Shown here one piece after another: positions 36,281 to 49,242 of a stretch of DNA of 64,000 nt. Within the stretch, counting starts at the first letter, position 1. The number at the start of each line of letters is the position of its first letter. Position numbers and translations under genes: made by a program. The notes below the pieces were generated by a model. The model was not told the origin of the DNA, searched no databases, and saw only the letters and a list, made by a program, of their open reading frames with translations. Source of the stretch: Ginglymostoma cirratum (taxonomy: Eukaryota); assembly GCA_024137785.1 (NCBI GenBank), contig JAHRHZ010000023.1, positions 4,976,087 to 5,040,086 on the forward strand, written 5' to 3'.

Positions 36281-37429
36281 AACATGGTTCAGGAGAATGA
36301 CTAATAATCCTGTATTTTTTTGAAGTTTAGCTGTGACTAAATTCTTTTCTGTTAAAAATGGATCGCTACTTTTAAGGCAAGAGAAAAAGGAAAAAAGTGC
36401 ACTAAAATAACCCTACGGATCTATGATGGACGGTCGTATATAATTTATACATTATGCTGTGCTGGCGACCATGTGTACTGAGCTGTTTACTGGTATTATG
36501 GCAGATCTGAGAAATTGTCAAAAAATTCAAGTTTCTGGATTGACATTACTACATCTTAATGGGACTAAAACCATACAATTCCTTACTAATAGAAATAATA
36601 TGCCGTCCACTAGTTTAAGCTCATTGTTGATTAATCCCAATTATTTGATGATACTAAATTCCTATTTTTCTATGTTAATTTAATTAAAGCAACATAAATG
36701 TTGACAATATTTTCAAGTGAAGAGCCAAATTAAATCATCAAGAAATAACTATCGTGGATAAATTAAGGTGACTGTCCAGAGTATTCTTGAGCTGTATTGA
36801 TGAACTGATTAAGTCTGCAAGCTGAAAACAACAATGCAGTCTCTCCATTAACAATGTTCAATAATATTTTATAGATTAAGGTTATTTTTAATTTTATATC
36901 GAGAGTATACCAGAAATATAAGATCAATTGTCTTTCTAATATAAATAATATTGTTAGTATGACTGGTTGCTTTCTGTGAGGAGGCATTCAAGATTATAAA
37001 TGAGTGTAGTATGAAAACAGGCTACAAGACTCTTCTCAGCAATAAGGACATGTAACAGGGTCTAAAGATGATGATATCGTAAGCACATCCCATCTTAAAT
37101 GTGGTCTTGCAATTAAATGCAGAGGATTAACCTTTCTGAAGGTGACATAAAGATGTGATGTCATGACTATGATGGTGTCCTTAATTAGTGAAACAAAATC
37201 CCTTTTTGGGATCTAATAGCAAATTTGCAAAATTGTAATCTGCACAGTTTTTTTACACAAGTATGTCAAATGAGTCTGCACGTATGATTCGGATCTTTTA
37301 CTTGCTTGCCATTTCAATATACCATCCTGCTCATGTACTGCCACTTATGTCCTCACTCTACTGCAGTGTTCCACTGAAGCCCAATGCAATCTCAAGCAAC
37401 TCTGTCTCATTTTCCATCTCAGCACTTTT

Positions 37430-38055
37430 TTAAATTTGATTTATTGTTGTCCCATGTAGAGATACAGTGAAAAGTATTGTTTTTCATGCTAACCAAGTAA
37501 ATCATACCTTATATAAATTCATCAGGGTAATAGAATAGAATACGGAATATAGTGTTATAGCTACAGAGAGGGCGAGAGAAAGAAGAACTCTAATATATGA
37601 GAGGTCCATACATAAGTCTGATAACAGCAGGGAAGAAGCTATTCTTGAATCTGTTAGTACTTGTTTTCAAACTTTTGTCTCTTCTGCCTGACAGAATAGG
37701 GTGGAAAAGGGTATAACTAGAGACGGAGGGGTCCTTGATTAAGTTGGCTGCTCTCCGAGGCAGCGGGATGTGTCGACGGAGTCATTGGAAGGAATGCTGG
37801 TTTTTGTGATGGACTGGACTGTGTTCACAACTCTTTGTAATTTCTTGTGATCTTGGGCAGAGCAGTTGCCATACCAAGCTGTGATGTATCCAGTTAGGAT
37901 GCTTTCTATGGTGCATCTATAAAAATTGGTAAGAGTCTTTGTGGACATACCAAATGTCCTTAGCCTTCTGCGGAAGTAGAGGCATTGATGTGCTTTCTTG
38001 ACTGTAGTGTCAACATGGATGGACCAGGACAGATTGTTTGTTGACAGCCTTGAGG
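37430..38055 (-). mobile_element. Rex1/Babar-type LINE 3' fragment nested in a PLE remnant
   Basis: TLTNFYRCTIESILTGYITAWYGNCSAQDHKKLQRVV is characteristic of the Rex1 C-terminal region. Confidence 0.85.
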
Positions 38056-38479
38056 ACTCAACATTGAATTATAGAGACATACAGCATGGAAACAGATGCT
38101 TTGCTCTAACTCATCCATGCCGACCAAGTTTCCCAAACTAGTCCCACTTGCTTGCATTTGGCCTATATCCCTCTAAACCTTTCCTATTCATATACTTCCA
38201 ATAACTTGAACTTTGACTTCCATTTGTTCTCTCCGCCTTTCCCAACCCTACCCATTATTTCCCTTCCCCCATCTTGGTTTACTTTCAGCAGACCTGATCA
38301 ATATTTTGCTGGTAACACCTAATCATGACTCTGGACCTATCTCTTTTCTGTACAACTGTTACCATTTCATTTGCTTTTTACTCTGTGATCTCTAATCTCC
38401 CTGTAACCTTACCCTGACTCTCCCACTTATGCTCCTTTTGCTTATCCCACCTTATTCAGCAGCATACAGTTTATTGGAT

Positions 38480-38695
38480 CATAGAATCCCTATAGTATGG
38501 ATGCAGGCCATTCAGCCCATTGAGTCTACACAAACTTGCACATCTTTGGACTGTGGGAAACCCATACAGATGCAGGGATCTCAGATGCAGGGAGAATGTG
38601 CAGACTCCACACAGACAGTTGCCTGAGGCTGGAATTGAGCCCAGGTCCCTGGTGCTGTGAGGCAGCAGTGCTAACCACTGAGCCACTGTGCTGCT
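38480..38695 (-). mobile_element. tRNA-derived SINE, family A, internally deleted
   Basis: Head, core and tail motifs on the minus strand. Confidence 0.85.
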
Positions 38696-40459
38696 CGACG
38701 TTAGTTCCAACAAAAGCCAAATTGGGCTTAAAGTGTCAACTCAGTTTCTTCCTCCTCCAAAGGTACACAGCTGCTGAGTTTCTGTAGCACATTCTGTTTT
38801 AATTTTAGATTTTCAGCATTCAGAGTAGTTTGCCCTGGGAGTTTACAATGAGCTGTTGTAATACTCAGCATATTAAGAAAGAATTGTTATTGATCTCATC
38901 TTGAAAATAATTTGTAAGCTGCTCATGAATTGCATTTTTGGAGACTGTTTTGTGTAAATTCTGACATTTCATAAATAGATATTGGCATATCTACCAACTA
39001 TGCTAGTTTGGGGAGAGAAAGAACATTGTTTGCCTTAATAATATAACAATAAAACAAAGAGCTGCGGATGCTGAAGATCTGAAACTAAAACAGAAATTGC
39101 TGGAGAAACTCAGCAGGTCTGACAGCATGTCCTGTGACCTGGTTACCTTCCCTTGTTTGCACCGTTCAATGTTCCATTTGTGTCTTTTCACATTCATTAT
39201 TTAATGTTGAACCACTGCTTGATAATGCAATCAGAAAAAAAACAGCTGAGAAGACCTTTGCCTTTTTCTGCTCATTTGATTCAGACTAAGGACATTTCAG
39301 GCATAGAAAGCAGGAATCCTCCTATAAAAGCACACAAAACCCCTCAAATACAGCAGTTCAGAGATGCAGCACAGCTATACTACACAGTTAAAAGCCTTTA
39401 AGACGAGGAAACTACAACAGCATTGCAGTTCGTCAGAATTGAATGCCTTTCAGAGAATCAAGCTAAAGCATCATTGCTTTACTGCAGAGTTCCAAGTCTT
39501 TCAGGCAAAGGAAGTAAAGCAAGTGAGACGGTATAAAATTGAAAAGCCTTAAAGTAAAATTAATATATGATCACACTTGGAAAAATAGCAGCAGGGATAA
39601 TATAACCAGAAAGAGATAATTTGAAATAGGCCAAATAGAACATAGAATTGAATAGAAAGCAAAAATGCTGAAATCACAGCAGGTCAGGCAGCATGAGAGC
39701 AAGCTGAGGTTTCAATATTAGATGACTCTTCATCAGAACTCAATAGAATTAGACATCTTCGAGAAAACCATTCTTAAGATATAGAATTGATTCCATATTA
39801 GATGTTAACTCTACAGTTGGATAAGTGAACAAGTGTAACAGTTGTTATATTCAGTTGGGACTATGGATGATGACATTACTGTTCGCCATGGCATAAATGT
39901 AAAAATATGCTTTAGATGAAGTCCTACAAGTTTTGACAATTACTTTAATCTTAGAACAAATAAAATTCTTGTAAAAGCAAGATTTAACAAGAGTTCAGAG
40001 ATAGTAAGGCCTGCCAATGCTGGAGTCAGAGATAACACAGCGTGGAGCTGGAGGAACACAGCAGGCCAAGCAACATCAGAAGAGCAGGGAAGTTCAGTTT
40101 GGATAGATAGATAATTTCATTAATGATCTCCACAGATTAGTAGCAGAAAACTTATATGGTGCTATAAAATCAGAATTCCTAAGAGACAAGATTGTTGTTG
40201 AAATTAATGTTGAATCTTTGTCAGATTAATTATAGTCCAAAGAAGAATTGACTTTGGGGAAAGTCAATCATTTATCGAGGAAAATGGGAAGTCCAGAAGC
40301 AGCATCAATTAATCCTAAGGGAAGAAAACTAACCTTATCATAGGAGATCTGCAGAATCCATTCAGTTCGTGAGTTAACAAAACCCTAAAGACACAGTGAG
40401 AAGCCAGTGCAGAGAGTAGGTACACACACTAACTAAGAGTCAGTTCCAACACTGTCGAG

Positions 40460-40960
40460 CAACGAAACCTCATGGCACAAGCTGGACCCAGCTTGAGAAA
40501 AGAATGCCATATCTGTAAAACAATTGGTCACTTCCAGAAGACGTGCAGGAGCAGAAACAGATATAGAGCAGATGGAATATAATAACTGCTCACACAAGGA
40601 TATTAGTGACCTTGAGCATCCTACATTAGAAAAGAAATCAAATGTACCTCTAGGGGATAGTGGTGATCTAAGCTGTTCTGTTTTGACAAGAAGGGCTTTA
40701 TGTCAATGGACATCATTCTAAAGTTAAGGTTGATGCAGGGGTGAATATCATTGTATTATCTAATTAGATGCCATGGATGAAGAAAGACTGTTTACAGCCT
40801 ACAACCAATGCAACTACATAATGCAGAAAGTATGCTACTTAAGATTAAAAACAGGCTACAAGCAGCCCTGCAAAAGAAATGATGTAAGAGTAGAACATGT
40901 ATATGTAGTTCACAATCAAGAATTTTCACTCATTGGTAATCAATATGTGCCTTGACCTCG
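40460..40960 (+). mobile_element. Ty3/Gypsy-like LTR retrotransposon relic (gag zinc knuckle and aspartic protease)
   Basis: CHICKTIGHFQKTC (CX2CX4HX4C) at 40505-40546, KVDAGVNIIVL from 40726, then LFTAYNQ..LIG, in three different frames. Confidence 0.75.
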
Positions 40961-41789
40961 ATACTAGACAAACGGCAAAAGGATATCACCTAATGACATT
41001 TGAGGGAAAACAGATCAAAAGACAGTCAGCTATGTCAAAATGTTCAAAGAGACACTGGTCAGACAACAATCGGTCAGGGAGCAGACAGTAATGGAGGCCG
41101 ACGTCAAAGCGGTGTTAGTTATTGAACAAACAGCTGCTAATTGACTAGACTAGTGACATAATGTACAAATTTCACTGGGCTTTCTAGACTGATAGTTGAG
41201 CCTAAGAAGTGGGAGGACTTTATTAAGATTATCTAGTAGATAAAAGAGGATTGTTTCATATTGTCGACAGGATGGAAACCTCCAACTTCACAGGGCTTTC
41301 AGAAATTTTTTCCACTCCCACCAATATTGAAGAGAGTTCAGATGACAAGTCTCATTAAACTTTGCAAGAGGATGCAAGTGATGAGAACGATCATGAGCAG
41401 TATGACCCATTTCAGCTTATTGATTGATCTTTAATTGAAGTTAATCAGACAGCAACACAGCCTGGTGAACAAATTGTAACAGCTGGTTTGAGGTTGCTGT
41501 CAGATGATGAGGTGACACAAGTCCAAGAGAAACATTTCAATTCTTCGCCTCTCTGGAAAGAATCATCAATATCACTAGCAGAGATCATGCTGAGTAAGCA
41601 GCGATCCTCAAGTAGCATCACTGTGGAAAGGAACGTGTTGGTTTCATCAGTGAAGTAACCACGGGGCAAGAGTCCAACCTAATCAATAAATTGACCTACA
41701 GAGCCAACATTCTTCATTGCAGCATGGCGTGGACATGGATCGCAAAAATTTGCTTGCACAGATTGAAAATGGGATACATATGGATTCAT

Positions 41790-44700
41790 GAAAGTCACCA
41801 GTACTAAATTTGGGAGAGCTGTCAATAGACCAGTCCAGCAAACAGATTGAAATACTCATAGAATCATGCCATGACCACCGTCTGTAAGGTAACACCATCA
41901 CCATCCCTGGGTATGTCTTGCCTAGCAGAGGTGGTGGCACAGTGGTATAAAGTCAGGAGAGAGTTGCACTGTCAGTCCTCAACATTGCCCAAGGCTTCAG
42001 ATTAAACAAGGACAAGGAAACCTCCTGCTGATTACCATGTACCATCCTTCATTGGCTGATGAATTGATACCCTTCCATGTTGACCAACACTTGAAGGAAG
42101 TAACGAGGTAGCAAGGGGACAGAACATTACCTGGATCAGGGACATCGATGTCACTCACCAAGAGTGGCTTGGCAGCAACACTGCTGATCAGATTGGTCAA
42201 GACCTAAAGGTCATTACTGCTAGGCTGGTCCACACCAAGTGGTGTGGGAAATAACAAGAGGGAATCCTTGACCTCACTCTCACCAGTCTGCCTGTCCCAG
42301 ATGCATTTGTCCATGACAGTATTGGTAGGAGTGACCACCGCACAATTCTAATGGAGACAAAATCCCATCTACACATTGACAATACCCCAGTCATGTGTGT
42401 TATTATCAACATACTAAGTAGGATAGACTTTGAACAGATCTAGCAACTCAACTGGGCATCCATGACATGCTGTGGGCCATCAGCAGCGGCCAAATTGCAC
42501 TCCATTACAATCTGCAACCTCATGGCTCGGCATACCCTCCTCCCCTCCCCCACCCAATTCTACCAAACCATGAAACCAGGGGATCAATCCTGGTTCAATG
42601 GAGAGTGCAGGAGGGCATGCCAGGAGCAGCACCTAAAAATTGGGTGAAGCTACAACAGAGCACAACAAAGTAGCATAAGGAGCAAGTGTCATGACTCACT
42701 GCATCTGTGCTGTAGAAATCAAACTTCGCTATTCCTGGATTTACCATAACTCTGAAAATATTTAGTTATACTATCCAAAGTCCCCATTTTACTGGATGAA
42801 AACAGGTTAAAAAGGAAATACCTACCGTGTTCCTGTCCTTCATGAGAATATAATTGCTTATAATTGTCCCTTACCTATGGCATTTAGAAAACATATATTG
42901 TTAACTTATGTCTCTCCAACTTAACTCAATTCCTTAAGTTCTCCCCTTCATAAGCCCGCAGACACACAAAGCCAGGCAAGATGTGGATATTAAGGGTGGA
43001 TTAGGCAAGCACAGTTCTAAACCACCAGTGTGGACCACAGGATTCAATGCGTAGCTCTCTCTTTTCCTTCCAATCCCTTTCTTGTTCTTTGTTTTTGACA
43101 TCAGGTTGTTTGCACACCAATGGTCTCTTTTCATTCACTGGTCGAGGATTTGTCCAATCAGTGTATTCAAAGGTGTTTTATTCCTCCTTCAACAGGGAAT
43201 TTGCAGCAAAAGGTGAGTGGAAGACCACTAGGTGTTACTGGAGATTTTCTGGGACCTCCAGATAAGAGACGTTGAGAGAGGTTATTTGATGCTTTCCCTT
43301 TACTGGATGGTTTTCTGCTGCACTGCTCCCACACATGGCCTGGTCACCTGGTTAGGAAACAATTGGAATGTTGTTGTCAATCAGTTTTCCCTTAGTTCAG
43401 AATCCCCATCAGCATCATAATGTCTGTTTCTGCTCACACTGTTCCAGAAAAATGCAACATTTTATACAGCTCACACTGATCTCCAGCTAACATGACTATT
43501 AAAACTGTAGCCATATCTTTGTCCAGTCTCCTCAAGGCAATATCCTTCTATTTTTTAGCCCACAGTCCAAAGCAAAGGGAAGAAAAAGAAGTGGACCTTA
43601 CACAAGTGATAGACAGAGCTAAGTGATCCCACAACCAACTGCCTAAGTTCTGCAGTCCTACTTCATCCAGTCGTGAATAGGGGCAGACAATTAAACAACT
43701 CATTGGAGTGGGAGCCTCCACACACATCCCCATCCTCAATGATGAAACAGCCCAGCACATCAGTGCAAATGATATGGCTGAAACATTTCCAACAATCTTT
43801 AGCCAGAAGTGCCAAGTGAATGATCCATCTTGGCCACCTCCAGTGGTCCCCGGTATCACAGATGCCAGTTTTCAGCCAATTCAGTTGTCTTCATGTTTGA
43901 TCAAGAAATGGTTGGATACTGCAAAGGCTATGACCTCTGACAACATTCCAGGAATATTACTGAAGGTTTGTGCTAAGCCCTAGCCAAGTTGACCCCATAC
44001 AGCATTGGCATATACCTAACAGTATGGGAAATTGCCCCGGTATGACCTATGCACAAAAAGCAGGACAAATCTAACCCATCCAATTACCATCCCTTCAGTC
44101 TACTCTCATTGATCACTAAAGTGACAAAAGACGTAATCAACAATAACTTCAAGCAGAACTTACTTTCCAATAATTTATTCAGTGATCCTCAGTTGGTAGT
44201 TTATCAGGGCCACTCAGCTCTTTACCTTAGCCTTCGTTCAAAGGGGAAACAGATGCTGAAATCCAGAAGTGAGATGTGAGGGACTGCACTCAACATGAAG
44301 GTTGCATTTGACCTAGCAGAACTCGAGTCAATGGAAATCAAGTGGCAATCTCTCCACTGGTTGGAATCATACCTGACACAGAAGAAGATGGTTGTGGTTG
44401 TTGGAGGTCAGTCATCACAGCTCCAGGATGTCACTGCAGAAGTTCCTCAGGGCAGTGTCCTAGGCCCAACCATCATCAACTGCTTCATCAATGACCTTCC
44501 CTCCATCATAAGGCTAGAAGTAGGGAAGTTCGCCGATGATTGCACAATGTTCAGCACCATTCACAGCTCCTCAGATACTGAAGCAGTCCATGTTCAAATG
44601 CAACAAGATCTGGACAATATCCAGGATTGATCTGACAAGTGGCAAGTAAAATTTGCACCATAAAAATGCTGGGCAATGGTCAAGTCCACCAAGAGAATTT

Positions 44701-45690
44701 GGCTATCATCCCTTGATACTGAAAGACATTATTAACATAGAAACCCCACTATTAACATCCATGGGTTACCATTGACTACAAACTGAGCTGGACTCACAAT
44801 ACATTTCCTTGAAAGTGGAGCCCCATATAGATAGAATGGTGAAGAAAGTGTCTAGTACGCTTGCCTTTATTGGTCATTGCATTGAGTATAAGCGTTGGGA
44901 GGCCATGTTTCAGGTGTACAGGACATTAGTTAGGCCACTTTTGGAATACTGCGTTCCGTTTTGGTGTTCCTGCTATAGGAAGGATGTTGTGAAACTTGAA
45001 AGAGTTTAGAAAAGATGTACAAGGATGTTGCCAGGGTTGGAGGGTTTGAGCTATAGGGAGAGGCTGAATAGGCTGGGGCTATTTTCTCTGGAGTATTGGA
45101 GGCTGAGGGATGACCTGATCGAGGGTTATAAAATCATGAGGGGCAGGGATAGGACAAATAGCCAAGGTCTTTCCCCAGGGTGGGGGAGTCCAAAACTAGA
45201 GGGCATGAGTTTAGGGTGAGAGGGGAAAGATTTAAAAGGGACTGAAGGGGTAGCCACATTAAAAGTAATGCAGAAGGTGATGGCGTGTATGGAATGAGCT
45301 GCCAGAGAAAGTGGTGGAGGCTGGTACAGTTTCAACATTTAACAGGCACTTGGATGGGTATGTGAATAGGAAGGGTCTAGAGGGATTTGGGCCAAATGCT
45401 GGCAAACAGGACTAGATTTATTTAGGATATCTGGTCGGTGTGAACAAGTTGGACCAAAGGGTCTGTTTCCACGCTGTTTGGCTCTACGACTCAATGACTG
45501 TTCATAAACACAGTGACTACAAGAGCAGGTCAGAGGATAGGAATACTGCGGTGAGTAACTCACCTGCTGACTCCTCAAAGCCTGCCCACCATCTACAAAT
45601 CACAGGTCAGGAGTGTGATGGAATACTCCCCACTTGCCTGGATGGGTGCAGCCAATGACACCCATATCCCATGAAAGAAATAATAAAATA
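41790..45690 (+). mobile_element. Long L2/CR1-group LINE (APE endonuclease to RT to 3' UTR), interrupted by an unclassified insert (about 42700-43590) and a CR1 3' end (44808-45498)
   Basis: DLTLT..SIGRSDH endonuclease end; KKQDKSNPSNYHPFSLLS; VPQGSVLGPTIINCFINDLP..KFADDC RT motifs. Confidence 0.88.
44808..45498 (+). mobile_element. CR1 LINE 3' fragment
   Basis: YRTLVRPLLEYCVPFW..LPGLEGLSYRERLNRLGLFSLE and the CR1 terminus. Confidence 0.92.
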
Positions 45691-48111
45691 AGCCTTTCTT
45701 GGGAAATAAGTAACAACTAAAAGTTTCTTTTTTGGAAATTTTGACCATATCTTCTAATGTTTCTAGCATAATCTTTTATCTGTCTGTAAAAAGAAACTTG
45801 TTATGAATGCATTGAGGTATTGTGGGGGTGCAGTGCTTAAGCTTGTTGGAGTTGTAAATACACTTTTGTTCCATATATGAAGTGGAAAAGAGCTCATTTA
45901 TGACTTCACAACTGGATCACTATTTGATGTTACCATAAAAAATCGTAGGGCATCAAAATTGCTGATTTCAATATTTATAAGTCTTCCAGTTCCATACTGT
46001 TGTGAAATCTTTGCTATTGGTTACACTTTAGAGTTATTGAGATCATTTCAACAAGAATCAGTTCAAAATATAGAGTGACAAAAGATAGCATACTCAAATG
46101 ATGTGTTCCAACATTGGCTGACCTGAGATAGCCAGGTCCCTTCTGTGTGTTGGCTTAACTTGATACATGCTGCCTTAACCTTGCATGTGCTTCTAATTCA
46201 AAATCAGAGATACTTACATGATATGGGAGAGGATTTGACTGATTTAAGGGGAATACATCATTCTTTCCTTACACATTAGCCAAAATTGTTATGGCTGTGC
46301 TTTGCTCGGAGTAATTTGGTTCTGTTTTGCTCAAATCTCCATGAACTTTTAATGAAAAGCAAGATGGAACATAAGAACCTTCACCTTTCCCAGCCTCCAA
46401 GCTTTAAGCTTCCTCTTAAATGCAACATGAAAAATTAATGAAAGGAGTAAAAATTCTTGGGCTGTTTTCACTAAAATTAGCTGCTATAAAATTGAAGTGC
46501 TATTAGCCCGGACGCTGTGTCTAAATATATCCTTTTTATGTACTAGCCTTGTGCATTTGTTTTGAGGAAATGTGGATTTGTAATGTAGACTTCCATTATC
46601 AATCACAAAATAAATTGATAATGGCAGTAGCTTTTAACATTTCGGGCCTTTATGCAAACCAATTTGACCTCCCTTTTTATCCTCCATTGTCTTGAGCAGT
46701 CATAATAAAATTACAACTGATTTACACAACTCTTCCTTTGATAGCTTATTTAATTATTCAAGATTCATATCTCAGCTGAACACATTCTAATGCACTCTTT
46801 ACAACCTAGTTTCACTGGATAATTAAACTCATCAGAAAGATGCAGTCAGAGTCCATTTTAATGCTCAAGTTAAATAAAAGGACCAATGCTTAAACATAAT
46901 GAAATGTAAAGGAGCAAAATAGTTATCTCCTGTGGCACCTCCACATGAACGCACTGAAGTAAGCAGATCTTTGGTGAGTTTGGATTTCATAGAAACCTAC
47001 AATATAGGGGGAGACCAGACACCAGCTGCTCTGCCTGAACTAACCTTTTCAATCCTTTATCAATTTTCCAACTGACTTGCTTTCTTGTAGTGATTTGGAA
47101 ATGTGCTTCCTAACAGGAAAACAGCTTAACAGGAAAACAAAGACATGCACCTCATAATTTGCCATTTGTTCTTCATTTATGAAATTGACCCCAGTGTGTA
47201 AAGTTGATTATCGTGAAAATTACACAGATGCTGTCTGTGACTGTGTAATGTGGTGATGGTTCACACTCCCTTTTGGAAATGCACACGTATAACCATTATC
47301 TCTGTGCATGAAGAGTGTTTACACCAGTTAGCAGGGATTAATCAAAACTTTCCACAGATTGGAAATCTTCTTTTGGTACCAATGGAATGCTTCAAAGCAT
47401 GGTTGGTTTTTCATTTTGAAATCTGCAAAAGTAATTTAGTTGTGAAAAACTAATGAACTATTTTCAGTTCATTTCTTGCCTTTTTTTATTGGTGATAAAT
47501 AGTTGAATGTTCCAATTTTTTGATGTGCATTGGTAAATAGTACTTCCTAAGTTTCACTTAACTGTTTCTTAAATTCACATGCTCGTTCCAGGTAATTTTT
47601 CAATCAATTCCAGGCTACTCATAAGATAAAATGAAAATGTAATGATTTGATTCTCGGTGCCAGTAGCAAATTTAATAATCACTGCCAAACAATGTTTGTA
47701 AGTATGCTAAAGATATCATAGTCAACCATTGCCACTCCAATATTTTACCAGTTCTGTCAATTGATAGGAGAGTGTTGTGGTAATGTTCTGACTGGTTAGA
47801 CTACATTAAAGGTTGAGACATTGACTGTGAGATGAAGTGATAAAATGATTTGGAAGTTTTTACTCCAGAAAATGCTTTTATGACTGTTTTATTCATTAGA
47901 CAGGTATGATTGGCCCCATTTCACAGCTCAACACTCCATTGGAGGCCAAGTTTGTGCTGATCTATGAATGGACTGTAAGTCACCAGGGGATCATGAAATT
48001 GAACAAGTTGGCAGATATTGGACTAATATTTTCATTCCATAGCCTCATTAGGGTCACAGCTTGCATGTAAAAGTATTCATACCTTGAATGCACAGTGAAA
48101 ATGACAAAGTT

Positions 48112-48468
48112 CTTTATTCATTCAAAGGATGAGGGCATCGCTGGCCAGGCAGCATTTATTGCCCATCTCTAATTGCCCAGAGGGCGGTTAGGAGTCAACC
48201 ACATTCCTGTGGGTCTGGAGTCACATGTAGGCCAGACCAGGTAAGGATGGCAGTTTCCTTCCTGAAGAGACATTGGGGAACCAGATTTTTTTTTACCCCC
48301 GACAATTGGCGATGGATTTATGGTACCATTAGACTCTTAATTCCAGATAGTTATTGAATTCAAATTCCACCACCTGCTGTGAGGCTTTGAACGCAGGTCC
48401 ACAGAATGTTACCTTGGTCTCTGGATTAACAGTTCAGTGTGATAATGCCACTAGGCCATCGCCTCCCC
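48112..48468 (-). mobile_element. tRNA-derived SINE, family B
   Basis: Full-length copy with little divergence from the other family B copies. Confidence 0.9.
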
Positions 48469-48579
48469 CAAGTGAGCATTGTCATTTGGTATGAGGTGCA
48501 AGACCTACACACTTTGCCAACAATGTACGGCTGAGGCATTTCACCTGCAGCAACCCGCATGTGGCAAATGTGCCTACTC

Positions 48580-48812
48580 TGCTGAAATGACCAAACAGTA
48601 GTTGGTATCCCATCACCACGTCACCCTTTATTCACACGTGCAGAGTACATGGACTCTGACCAGCCAGCTCACGGCCAGTCTGTATACTGAGGAGACCTTC
48701 TAAATCTGTTCGTATCTGTCAGTAAGGGCTCCCTGATTGGCCCAGACTGACAACCCCAATCAAGGATCTCATAGTAAATAAGGCCCACACGGCCCTGGTT
48801 CCAATCACAACA
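48580..48812 (-). mobile_element. Probable solo LTR
   Basis: The minus strand runs TGTTGTGATT...ATTTCAGCA (TG..CA with imperfect terminal inverted repeat) with an internal AATAAA. No clean TSD. Confidence 0.45.
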
Positions 48813-49242
48813 CCTGCCGAGAGAAGGAGGGAGTAAAATAGTGTGCAAAGCCAAAAAGGAGAAACACAACTGGTTCAGGTGGCCTGGCACACCTGAAGTT
48901 GATGTATCACAGATTCAGGAATGGTTTCCGCAAGGGGACCACTCTGAAGCCCAGATGTGACACGATGGCTTCCTCCAGCAGTGTATAAACTATCAGTGTC
49001 TCTACACAACTAATCAAACTCAAATTTGGAATTTCCCAATTTGGAAACTTTAAGAAAGGAATGAAAACCTGTCTCATTTTCCTGGTTGTTTTGCCAGCCT
49101 TATGCTTTTGCATTCAAAGCCCATTTCAATGAATGCAATGGGGGCTCAATGTATGACAGAGCTAAATGCAGGAAGTAGCATTTGGCTGTTTTTGTTTGCT
49201 GTGGTTTTTCAGGACCATGTTGTTTTATGCATGTCTGACAGG

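Noticed and set aside
44550-44570. REST/RE1-like TTCAGCACCATTCACAGCTCC in an intron of a neuronal gene
   Set aside because: The critical GG of the right half-site is replaced by TC, and the site lies in LINE RT coding sequence.
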